Assembly: GCA_038087875.1 (NCBI GenBank)
Contig: CM075988.1
Span: forward strand, 8,000,001-8,060,000
DNA from: Malacoraja senta
Lineage: Eukaryota
DNA: 60,000 nt
Reading direction: 5' to 3'
The translations under genes and the position numbers were made by a program. Positions 1 to 12,400 of the stretch are shown here, one piece after another. Each line of letters begins with the position of its first letter. Position 1 is the stretch's first letter. Below the pieces are notes generated by a model. It was given only the letters and a program-made list of their open reading frames with translations. It ran no database searches and was not told the DNA's origin.

Positions 1-2073
1 CCGGCATTTTTGTGTACCTTCGATTTTCCAGCATCTGCAGTTCCTTCTTTAACAGTTTCCATTAGTTATTTTGTGGATAAAGTCTAATATAGACTTAAAA
101 TGACAGAACTTAGTCAGATAATGCATTTTGAAACTTGTTCTTATCTCTTAAATATACTGGTCAGTGGAACAGATCGAGCATTTTGTTGATTGAACAAGTC
201 CAGTAGATTCCATTGCTGCGTGACATTCCAGTGAGTCAGGCAGGAACTCTGGACAGAGAGTATTGTGATGTGGGCCAGTATTATTGGAACAATAAGCCGC
301 CAATGTGCATGGTCTATTATTAAAAGAAAGTTTCCTGTTTTGACAGCTGAATCTGGGGGGGACGTGCGGATATTTTTTCTCCTTTGTATTTGAGCAAAGA
401 CTTGTACAGGAACATTATTGTGTGTCAAAGCAGGCCTCATTCTCTCGTGTATACTCAACACTTTATACTACAGTCAGTCCCTCAAAATCAATCAGGGTGC
501 ATACAGGCAAATGGGGAAAGTGAGCTTGGTGAGAGAGTTGTAATTATGTTGATGAGTGCATTACTCAAGTAAAGTAAATTGCCTGTCTATAATTTCTGCA
601 GGGGTAATTTAGACTTTGAAAGGTTCAGCGTACACAGGCCCTTTGACCCTAGAGTCCGCGCCGAACAGCGATCACCTCGTAAACGACAAGGGGTACACCA
701 CGAAGTCGTACTCTGGGTACACTACACACTTGGGACGTTTTACAATTTTTACTGAAACCAATTCATCTACAAACTCTCTATATTTCTCTCACCTACTGCA
801 TTTATGGGGACAATGTCTTGCCCATGGGAATGTGGGATGTCACCCTGTGCGTGCAGCACTACCTCCTCCCAATGGTTGGTTTCATTCATGAGTGCTCCCA
901 TATGAAATAACTACATCAATCACTGCACCAAATAAGCAAGATGCAATGTCAAGCTTGCACGGCAGTCTAAGGCACTGTTTGGTTGGATTAAATGCACGGG
1001 TAGAGGAATTGGCTTCATCGGGGAGAAGCAGATTGGCCAGGATTGCAGTTCCCAATCATTATCTTGCAACTCTCTGTTGGAAGGTGTTCATGAGGATTTT
1101 TGTGTCTCACTTTCACGCTAGATTTAATAAACATTTCGACAGGTACATGGATAGGACAGGTTTAGAGGGATATGGGCCAAACACAGGCAGGTGGGACTAA
1201 TGTAGCTGGGACATGTTGGCCGGTGTGGGCAAGTTGGGCCAAAGGACCCAAGGGCTGTATGACTATGACTACGAGTTTCTGTGTTTTCATCTCTGGTCTT
1301 TGTCCAACCATCTGCCGAGCACCCCCTCCCCCCCCCCCCTCACCTGTATCAACCTGTTATCTGCCAAGACACCAAGTGCTGGAGTACCATCTGAAGAATG
1401 GTCCCTACCTGAAACACCGTATCTTCTTCTTCTCCAGAGATGCTGCCTGACCCGCTGAGTTACTCCAGCACTTTGTGTCTTCCCTTGTGGCTACATGATC
1501 ACTGGTCATTGTGTGAGAACAGAGTTTCTCATTGCTGTTCATATGGCCTCCAACGGAATCAGCAGTCCTTGCCATAGAGGATCATCCATGAAGAACCGCC
1601 ACATATGAAATTGTGCAGGGATTGTGGAAATGTGGGGATTAATTCGAGAGACCCTAGATCCATCAGGCAATCAAAGTGAGCATCTATTTTAAAAAAAATT
1701 GTGCGATTTTGGATGTTGCCAGCAAGGCTATATTTGCTGTCTTCAGACTTTACAGATACACCGCAGAAACAGGCCCTTCAGCCCACCGGATCCGCGCCGA
1801 CCAGCGATCACCCCATAACACTAGCACTATCCGAAACACTAAAGACAAGTTTAAATCTACCAAAGCCAATTACCCTACAAACCTCTGCGTCTTTGCAGTG
1901 TGGGAGGAAATTGGAGCACCAGGAAAAAAGTCACGTGGGCTCAGGGAGAATGTACAAACTCCATACAGACAGCACCCGTAGTCTTAGAGTCGTAGAGCAT
2001 AGAAGCAGGATGAATGACTCGGATTCAATGATGTATAGCGCTGAGGATTAATTGCCGATAACTTGTATTCCAG

Positions 2074-2400
2074 ATTCCCGGCTGCGTCTGGACGAGTCGC
2101 CGCCTGAGATAGTCGAGCATCCGACAGATCTTGCCGTATTCTGGGGCGAGCCGGCTACCCTGAACTGCCGGGCGGAGGGCAGGCCCCATCCAGTCATCGA
2201 GTGGTACAGGAATGGCGAGCGTGTGGAGACCAGCAATGACGACCCTCTGTCCCATCGCACTCTACTGCCACACGGCTCCCTCTTCTTCTTCCAGGTGATC
2301 CAGAGGCGTAAAGGAAAGTCCGATGAAGGGATATACACGTGCGTGGCAAGGAACCACTTGGGGAACGCCTTGAGTAAGAATGCATCACTCTATGTGGCAA
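2074..2400 (+). CDS. robo4: robo4 exon: Ig domain 1
   Basis: ttccag|AT acceptor, GCAA|gtgagt donor; [16 protein letters not shown]...[22 protein letters not shown]; phase 1 to 1. Confidence 0.95.
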
Positions 2401-5400
2401 GTGAGTAATCTGCTTTCTATTCCGTTGACTGTTTAATATTTTGTGCAGGACTCACTGGGAAGTTCTCAAGTGACCTTTTAAGGAATAGGAAATGTTCATT
2501 TATGTCCTCAGAACACAGCAACGAGTGGCACAATGTTTAGATATTCAGCATGGAAACATGCCTTTTGGCCCACTAAGTCCACGCCAACCATCAATCACCC
2601 GTTCATACTAGTTCTATGTTATCCCACTTTTGCATCCACTCCCTACACATTAAGGTCAATTTACAGAGGCCAATTTTAGAAGTGCACTCTCAGCAACTCC
2701 TTGGTTCACTCACCCTTTCGTTTAGTCTAGAGGTACAGCGCAGAAATAGGCCCTTCGGCCCAGCGAGTCCACGCCGACCAATGATACCCGCATACTAATG
2801 CTATCCCACACACACTAGAGACAATTTACAATTTACCAAGCCAATAAAGGGCCTGTCCCACAGGCATGCGACTCCATGCAGCAAGGGCGACCTAACCGGA
2901 AGCGGGAGCCGTGCGGGGGCCGCGTGGAGTTCGCAGGGCCGGTCCCAATTTGATCGCGGGAGCTTTATGGAGTTGTGCGGAGCTGGTTCCGACATCGCGC
3001 GGGGCTCCGAAAAACTGACACTGTTCAAAAATTCCGCCCGGCAACGGCCTGCCGCCCCGCAGCTGCATCGAGGCCGTGCGCGCCGCATCGAGGGCCGTGC
3101 ACACCGCCTCGACGCCGTACTTGACGTCACTCGACCTCCACGCGGCCCCCACTTCAGGTTTGGTAGCGCTTGCCGCATGCAGCCACATGCTGGTGGGGCC
3201 GGCCCTTTACGGGGATCACTCGACCTCCGCGCCGCCCCACGCTTCCGGTTAGGTCGCGCTTGCTGCATGGAGTCACATGCCCGTGGAATAGGCCCTTTAA
3301 CCTGCAAACCTGTACGTCTTTGGAATGTAGAAGGAAACTGGAGATCTCGGAGAAAACCCACACAGGTCATGGCGAGAATGTACAAACTCTGTATAGTCAG
3401 CACCCATAGTTACGATCGACCCCGGGTACCTGGCGCTTGTAAGACAGCAACTCTACTGCTGTGCCACCTTGCCCCCCTGCCACGATTTGGCCTGCCTCTC
3501 TGCTTTTCCAGCTTTCTTCTCGCCCACCCCCTATATAATCAGTCTGAAAAGGGTCTCAACCCAAAACATCACCTATCCATGTTCTCCAGAGATGCTGCCT
3601 TACCTGCTAAGTTACTCTGGCACTTTGTGTCCTTTTGAGTCTTGAATATGGATGGACTTTGCTGAACACTTAAATCAGAATGAATATTTGCTTGGAAAGT
3701 TGAAAACATTAGAAGATCATTTAGATTTTGCTTGGATACACCATTGGGTGATATTTTAATGCAAAATATGATGGCAGGTTCAACGATGCCTAAACAGGTC
3801 CTTCAGCCTAATAAGTCCACATCGACCAGCCATCACCCCGTACATGAGCACTATCCTACACACTAGGGCCAATTTTACAATTATTAAAGCCAGTTAACCT
3901 ACAAACCTGTACGTCTTTGGAGTGTGGGAGGAAACTGGAGCACCCGGAGAAATCCCATGCGGTCACAGGGAGAACGTACAAACTCTGTGCCGATAGCACC
4001 CGTAGTCGGGATTGAACCTGGGTCTCTGGCACTGCGAGGCAGCAGCTCTACCACTGCACTGCTGTGCCATCCTTAATGATCTTCCAATGCAGTTTTCATC
4101 AAGGACACTGATGGGGTAATTGTCATAATGGTTGCACCAAATGCATATGTAACAGTATGAATTTGCAGTGACTAGAAGGGAATTTTATGTCAAGTTGTCA
4201 CTGATGAAGATCTTCCCAGGTCTGTGTGACGAGTTGGTGAAATCCATGTTTTGGTTTTGGAAAACATGATTTGAGATGGATGTGGATGAGGTTAGTCAGT
4301 CCAGAAATGATTCCACTCTTATACTACATTGCCGTATGTAGTCAAATCATTTTTTTCTTTATAAAGTCAGGAGGTGCAATCAATAACTCTGCTCAAAATA
4401 AATTCTGTCAGTTCCTACTGGAGCAAGATTTTGTCGTTATTACAGATCAAAATTACATTTGCCAACTTTAGTCCAAAAGCAGCAATTCCTACAAAAGCTG
4501 TTTCCAGAAGGCAGAGGTAGATAGTTTTGTTCTATAATTGTGTAACATTGGCCAAAGCACAGTGCAATGTTCAGTTCAAAACAATGCATGAATCATCCAA
4601 CATTGGCCGAGAGAGAATTGCGGACAAAGATTTTCCAGTTACAGACAATGAGATTATTTGGGGAACTCAGCAAGATAAATGGAGATACAAGTTTACTTCT
4701 GTTTAATTTATTGTCACGTGTATCAAGGTACAGTGGAAAGTTTTTTTGTTGAGGGCTATCCACTCAGCGGAAAGACTACATGTTTAAGCCCCTGTCCCAC
4801 TTAGGAGACCTAAACAGCAACCTCTGGTGACCTTGCCCACCACCCCAAAAAAAAATCAAGGTCGAGGTGACCTGCAACCTCCTACCACCTCCCACGCATA
4901 TGTTGAAAACCTTCCTCGACTATGAAGAAAACCGGCTTTGACTAGACCTGCGACTAAAAAATTATCGATTTTTAAAACGGCAACTTATTTTTAGTCGAGG
5001 CCGGTTTTAATCATGATGAAAAAATAGCAACAACCTAGATGAAGCCTCGACCACACGGAAACCACTTTCGACCATTAGGGAGAGTGACCAAAACCTCCGG
5101 TGACCTCATGGAAACCTTGGGTGGCGGGCAAGGTCACCAGAGGTTGCTGTTTAGGTCTCCTAAGTGGGACAGGGGCTTTACTATCAAACCACAGTGCAGA
5201 GATACAAGTTAAAGGGAATAACGTTTCGTGCACGATAAAAGTCCAATAAAATGTGATTAAGGATAGTCTGATGGTCTACTTCACGTTTACTTGAGAGGAC
5301 AGAGCATCTGAAACAACTGACAGAGGATAGACACCCATTACACAACAATGTGCCCCCTCCTAGGTGGTTAAAGTCCTGTAAGAGCTTCCTAACCAGCGTC

Positions 5401-6441
5401 ACCCCATTGGAAACAACACCAACTGAAGCTCGCCTCCAGATGTGGAAGAACAGACGAGCCACTGTCCCTATTTCCACCATGATGGGCTCATACCAGCTGC
5501 AGAGCGCTTACCACCAGCTGCTGATGGACACTGGCTGAACTGGAGATGTCTCAACCGACTGCGAACCAGGGTCGGGCGGTCAAGGGTGACAATGCACATC
5601 AGGGTCGGGCGATGCAAGGGTGACAATTGGGGCTACATCGAGGGTACAACAACCTGTGACTGTGGCACAGAGACCCAGACAATGCAACACCTACTGCAAT
5701 GCCCATTGCTGGACAATCCATGTACTACTGCAGACCTTTCACTTAACACTCCAATAGCGTAACGATGTGTACAGCAGTGGCGTGCCACAATATAGCATAA
5801 GGACACGGAAGAAGAAGACTTGAGAGATTCATGCCTCAAAAATGTATTCCTTCCTCCAGAGCATCCAATAGCCGTTGGGGCAGCAGAGATGTTTAGCTTT
5901 GTTTAGACATACAGTATTGAAACAGGCCCTTCGGCCCACCGAGTACAAACAGACCATTGCTCACCTATTCACACTTCTATGTTGTCCCACTTTTGCATCC
6001 ACTCTGCACACACTAGGGGCAATGTTTAGAGGCCGATTAACCTCCACACAGACATGGTGTTCACACATGGTAAAGGAGTTTTTGAAATGCAGGTGAAGAA
6101 TCATGGATTGTGTGACTTGTTTAAATACTGTGTGGTACTGTGCTCTAGAACAGCTTTGTATTTGGCAGAGCTGTCAGATAGGTGATAGACACAAAATGCT
6201 GGGGTAACTCAATGGGACAGGTAGCATTTCTGGAGAGAATGGGTGATGTTTCGGGCAGACACTACTTCAGACAGGTAGGCAAGTTTGGCACAGCCCAATT
6301 CAAAGGGGTGAGTGGTAAAGGGGCTGTCCCACTGTGGCGACTTAATCGGCGAGTTAAGAAGAGTGTCTTCGACCTTCAAGCTCGAAGGCACTCGCCTGGA
6401 AAAGCTCGAGCTGGATCGACCGTCAGCGTTGAAAGCGCGAT

Positions 6442-6472
<31 letters not shown>

Positions 6473-9400
6473 ACACACACACGAACACACACACGAACAC
6501 ACACACGAACACGCACACGAACACGCACACGAACACACACACGAACACACACACGAACACACACACACGAACACACACACACGAACACACACACACACGA
6601 ACACACACACACGAACACACACACACGAACACACACACACACGAACACACACACACACGAACACACACACACACGAACACACACACACACGAACACACAC
6701 ACACACGAACACACACACACACGAACACACACACACACGAACACACACACACACGAACACACACACACACACGAACACACACACACGCGAACACACACAC
6801 GCGAACACACACACACGAACACACACACACGAACACACACACACGAACACACACACACGAACACACACACGAACACACACACGAACACACGAACACACAC
6901 ACGAACACACACACACACAAAAGGCGGCGAGCGCTGTCTGAAATTCACACCCGCGATGAAGAAGAAGGAAAGACGACTGCACAGTGGATGGTAAGTCCTT
7001 TAGGGAGGGGGGGGGGAGAAGGAGTGGAGACACTTTTAAGAAGTATAATGAAGTTTAACGGGCATTTTACTTACCGGTCGGTTTTCCTGGGTCCTGAAAA
7101 CTCCAATGAGCCAATCAAAATGCCCGGTCAGCGAAGGAGATTGCCTTCGGCTGCCCTCGACTGCCTGTAACTAAATAGCGACCCCACTCCACTGCACTAC
7201 GAGTTAAAAAGAACCATGCCGACCAAATTTTACTCGCGGAACATTTTTCAACATGCTGAAAAAGTTTCCCCGAGCTAGCTGAGGCCGCCAGTATGCGGGA
7301 ACTTCCCTCGAGCATGAAGGGGAGTTCCAGTGACCTCATAGGACCTCCTAGGACCACGCTGCGAGTTAGAGTGGAGGGCAAACTAGTCTAAACTCGCGGA
7401 TTAGGTTGCCGCAGCGGGACAGCCCCTTAAGGAAATAAAAGGTAATGATACAACACAAAGAAAGTTGCTAACCAGTCAGTGATTACATGGCACAGCAATG
7501 GAACATCACAGAAATAACTCAAGTCTGTCATCTAAAGAAATATTTAATATGCGTTAGAAGGAATGTTAGAAATGAGCAGTCAATCACAGCCTCATGTCGA
7601 GAAACATACTTGGAGATAATGATCTATCAATCAAGTCTGTCAGCCAACCAATATTGAAGAGTCTCAGGATAGCAATGAATTAAGACAAGGGGCTGCAAGT
7701 TCTTCAGCTCAAGGAATTGTTAAAAGGTTCAACAAAGACATAGTTACAGGATCGAACTAACTGAGGAAACCAGTCAAAAGTGAATCAGAATTAGATCCGA
7801 AAAGTGCACTCAGTTGTTTTCAAAGCAGGAAAACAATGTTGAAACCAGGAACTGGAGAAGCTGGTTTATTTTTTTTTAAAGACAGTGAGAAATTCAATGA
7901 GTCGGGCAGCATCTCTGGAGAACACAGATAGGTGATATTTCGGGTTGGGATCCTTATTCGGAATGATTAAGGAGGGGGGGGGGGGTGGGAGAAGAGAAAG
8001 CAGACAAATCCTGATAAAGGTTGATACGGGTAAGGGATGTTTTTGATGAATAGGTGCGAGTCTACATTGGTTTTTATCTGTGGTTTTAATTCGAGGAGGG
8101 AGTTGCTGATGGTGACAGATCTGAGGAGCGGGCCGGTAGGAGAGAGACCGGGTTATTGCCTCCAGCGGCTTCAAGGTCGGCAGCAGGAGGCACTCCCTGG
8201 GCCACAGAGGCTGTCGAGCAATGAGATGGATGTTGGCTCATGGGTCCGCAGCAGCCTGGGGCTTTCCTGGACTAGGGTAGACAAAAAATCTTGGGGAAAC
8301 TCAGCGGGAGAGGCAGCATCTTTGGAGAGAAGGAATTGGCGACTTTTTGGGTCGGGACCCTTGGTCTGTAGGTTAATTTGCTATTGTAAACGGCCTGTCC
8401 CACTTTCACGACCTAATTCACGACCTCTGCTGAGTTTGCCCTTGACTCATACTCGCAGCATGGTCGTCACGAGGTCGTAGGAGGTCGTAGGTAGGTCGTG
8501 ATGCTAGCCGTAGGTACTCGTGGCATCAAGAAGGTCGGGGCATTTTTCTAGCCTGATGAAAAATGTCCACGAGTAAAGAAGGTCGTGAATTAGGTCGTGA
8601 AAGTGGGACAGGCCCTTAAATTCTCCTTAGTGTGTAGGACTTGTATACGGGTGATTGTTGGTCAGCCCGAACTCATTGGGCTGAAGGGTCTGTTCCCACC
8701 CTGTATCTCTAAAAACAAAACAAACTAAAAACTAAAAATCTGAATAACATGAGTATAAAATTATTCGGATTTCTTGTCCTGTGAAAGAAAATCAAAAGCA
8801 AGTTGTGATTTGTGTCGCTGTAAAAGAATAATGCAGGCTGTTAAGAAATCTGATCAGCAGCAGCTTGAAGCGGTTAATAACACTTTTGATCTGCCTTGGT
8901 TGTTGCATTGTCCCACTGTTGGAACTACTCATGCTCAACTCCATTAATCACATCAGAAGACTTTCTTCCTGTCAGCTTTGATTCTGATCTTTTTCATGTC
9001 CCATTGTCTGGGGCTGCTCTATAAAGCAAGCCCTTGTACTTTAAATGAATATCCAGGTACTTCTCGTAAATCCCCGTCACACAAACCGCTGGCGCGTGGA
9101 GGTCATGCTGATTGACTGAATCCCACAATCCTTTGTGCTTGGCAACCTTACTGGAATGTTCTAGAATGAACTCTGCCCTTTCTTAGATAGACACACATGC
9201 TGGAGTAACACATCGGGACAGGCAGTATCTCCGGAGAGAAGGAATGGGTGACGTTTTGGGCCGGGACCCTCTGAAGAAGGGTCACAGCGCCAGAGACCCG
9301 GGTTCGATGCTGACCTCGGGTGCTGTCTGAACGGAGTTTGCACGTTCTCCCTGTTATCACGTAGGTTTTCTCCGGTTTCATCTCACTTCCCAAAGACGTG

Positions 9401-12400
9401 CAGGTTTGTAGGTTAATTGGCTTCTGTAAATTGCCCCCTAGTGTGTAGGATGGAACAAGTAGGGGGTGATTGCTGGTTGGGGTGGAGTCGGTGGGGCAAA
9501 GGGTTTAAAACAAAAATTAAAACTAAACATCAATTTAAAACATCGTGAAGTCATTTTATATTGCTGACCCCATTCCATTCTCTTCCAAGAGCAGCAAAGG
9601 GCAGGTTAATGTCAGGCTCAGGGGCCTGCCTAATTTTGATTCTTCAATCTCTTGTGTAAGAAGGAACTGCAGATGCTGCTTGAAACCGAAAATAGACATG
9701 AAATGCTGGAGTAACTCAGCAGGTCAGACAGCATCTCTGGAAAAAGGAATAGGTGGCGTTTCGGGTGGAGACCCTTCTTCAGACTGAGAGTCACGGGTCT
9801 TCAGTCTCTTCCTCATTTGATCAGGTGGACAATGTTATGTCTATATAAACATCTTCTGTTGGCTGTTTGTATTCATCTTGCTTCAAAGGATAACACACAC
9901 GAGAGAGACTGCGGTTGTAATCAGTTTGAAGGATATCAAATATCATTCACCAGCTACAAGTGCCATTCATTTTGATGATTTAGAGTTGTCAGGAAAGCAA
10001 AAGTGTTTTTTGCATTCCCTTGTGAGTGGAAAGAAGTGAATTCAAGGTCTCATTTTTATTCCTCCAGATCTATCTGTATTATGGCATTCTAAATCAGATC
10101 CACAAATCATTATGTTGTCTCTTATCAATCATAACTTTGGATTTCAGCTTGAAACCAATTGACTGAGCAATCTAAAATAATAGAATTTTACTTCAAAGGA
10201 AAAAATACTCACACATCACTTGCACAATCCATAATGATCGGGTCACGGTGCGAGCTCCATCTTCAAGTTCACCGACGACACCACCGTTGTTGGGCGAATA
10301 ACAGATGGTGATGAGTCAGAGTATAGAAGTGAAATCGACCGATTGACCAAATGTGCCAGCACAACAACCTGGTTCTCAATATGTCAGGCCAATGCACTGA
10401 TTGTGGACTTTGGAAGAGGAAGGATGAGGACCCACAAGCCTGTTTATATCAAATGTCAAATTCCAGGGAGTGCATATTTCCAAAGATCTTTCCTGGACCC
10501 AGCACACTGATGCAATCATAAAGAACGCACATCAATGCCACTACTTCCTGAGATTACGGAGTTTCGGTAGGTCGGAGAGGATTCTCTTGAACGTCTACAG
10601 ATGTGCAGTAGAGAGCATATTGATTGGTTGCATCACGGCCTGGTTCAGCAACTTGAATGCCCAGGAGTGAAGAAGACTGTGAACACTGGCCAGTCCATCA
10701 CAGGCTCTGACCCCACCATCGAAGGGATTTACCGGGGTTGCTGCCTCAAAAAGGCAATCGGCATAATCAGAGACCCTCACCACCCTGGCCATGCACTCAT
10801 TTCACCCCTGCCACCGGGAAGAAGGTACAGGAGCCTGAAAACTCTAACGTCCAGGTTCAGGAACAGCTTCCTCCCTCCAGCCGTTCGACTATTAAACACT
10901 ACAACCTCAAATAAACTCTGAACTACAACAGACTATTATTGTTATTGCACTATTATTGTTTTGTGTGTGTGTGTGTGTGTGTCTTTGTTCCCCCCTCTTG
11001 TTTATTATATTATTTACAGTGTAATGTGTTTACCTATTCTGTTGTGCTGCTGCAAGTAAGAATGTCATTGTTCTATCTGGGATATATGACAATAAAACAT
11101 TCTTGACCCTTGACAAGAACCAATATTCAGAGAGTTTGTTGAAGGCAGGGTACGTCGGGAGTTTAAACAGTTTTTAATGATACGTTTTAGTAGCTTATGC
11201 TGATGTTTGCCAACAATAGTCAACTTAGACAATTGGCTTGAAAGTTTATCAGGATAAGATCAGGTTAATCAAGCCCATCGCTTTAATCCAATTTTTAAGT
11301 TTAGATTTCTTATTATCACTTGAATAGTGAAAACTGAAGTTGGACATAAGAAGCTTGAGTAACTCAATGGGTCAGACAGCATCTCTGGAGAAAGGTAGTA
11401 GGTAAAGTTTCTGGTCGAGACCCTTCTTCAGACTGAGAGTCAGGGTATTTGCATGCTATTTAAACAGATCAGATATACCATGCATAGAAACAGCCACATC
11501 AAACTCGACTGCAATAGGTAGAGCAAAGGGGAAGAGTGCATAATATAGTTCTCAGCATCGTAGCCCATCAGTTTCACAGACTGAAGAAAGGTCTCGACCC
11601 TTCCGTTCATTGATGCTGCCTGTCCCGCTGTTACTCCTGCATTTTGTGTCTATCTTCAGTTTCATAGACAATGTCCACACTAGGACTGGGGTGAATCGGT
11701 CAGTACGCTAGGTTATGGAAGGACTGTTCAGAAGCCTAATAACAACCCAATGGTCAGTCCAGCTACATTTGTCGCATAAACAACATTTTAATAAGATGTG
11801 TGGTGAAACTGTGCTTCAAGATTAATATCTCGGCCACAGAAGTCAAATTGAGGTCTAATATCCTAATCATGGGGATGAATATCTATGCTGGGCGATGCAG
11901 AAGAAATTCTATGGAAATTCCTTGCAGTTCAATGGGTCATCTGGAAAAGAGTGGAATAAATCTTATGGTATCTTGATCTAATCTTGGCGACAAGGACATT
12001 CTATAGGTTGCTGTTTATGAATGAAGTTCGCAGTTATCACGAAATTTGAGTACACAATCCTCAAAATCCCACTTCAGCCATTACTCCCGTAGCTAGCCAC
12101 ATCATGTGGCAGCCACAAGGATAATTGAAAATTGTAGTGGTAATTTGATCTGATTTTCTATTTGAACTGAAACGCTTCGCAGTGCTGTTGAGCCGTACAG
12201 CAGGGTAACAGGCCCTTCTGCCCAGCCTGCTCATTCTGACCAAGATGCCTCATCTACCAGCATGATTCCAGCATGTGCAGTTGCTTGTGTCTCTATATTT
12301 TAGAGATCAGTTGATGGATCCATATAAACATCCACTGGTGACACAGAAGGAAAAGTGGTGTGGAGAAAATTGTGGATTATTAACGTTAAGATTTTAATAT

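Noticed and set aside
1..2073. Signal-peptide exon or promoter of robo4
   Set aside because: I found no ATG-initiated hydrophobic segment ending in a phase-1 donor and no CpG island. It is probably upstream of the window.
2801..3638. GC-rich ORFs of 200-223 aa
   Set aside because: They span a Harbinger MITE nested in a SINE, are open because of GC content, and show no domain.
6442..6918. Regularly spaced repeats superficially like a CRISPR array
   Set aside because: There are no unique spacers and no cas genes, and the context is a eukaryotic intron.
6182..7033. Long ORFs of 159-274 aa on both strands (HT/CV-rich)
   Set aside because: They are translations of the (CA)n-derived minisatellite, not genes.
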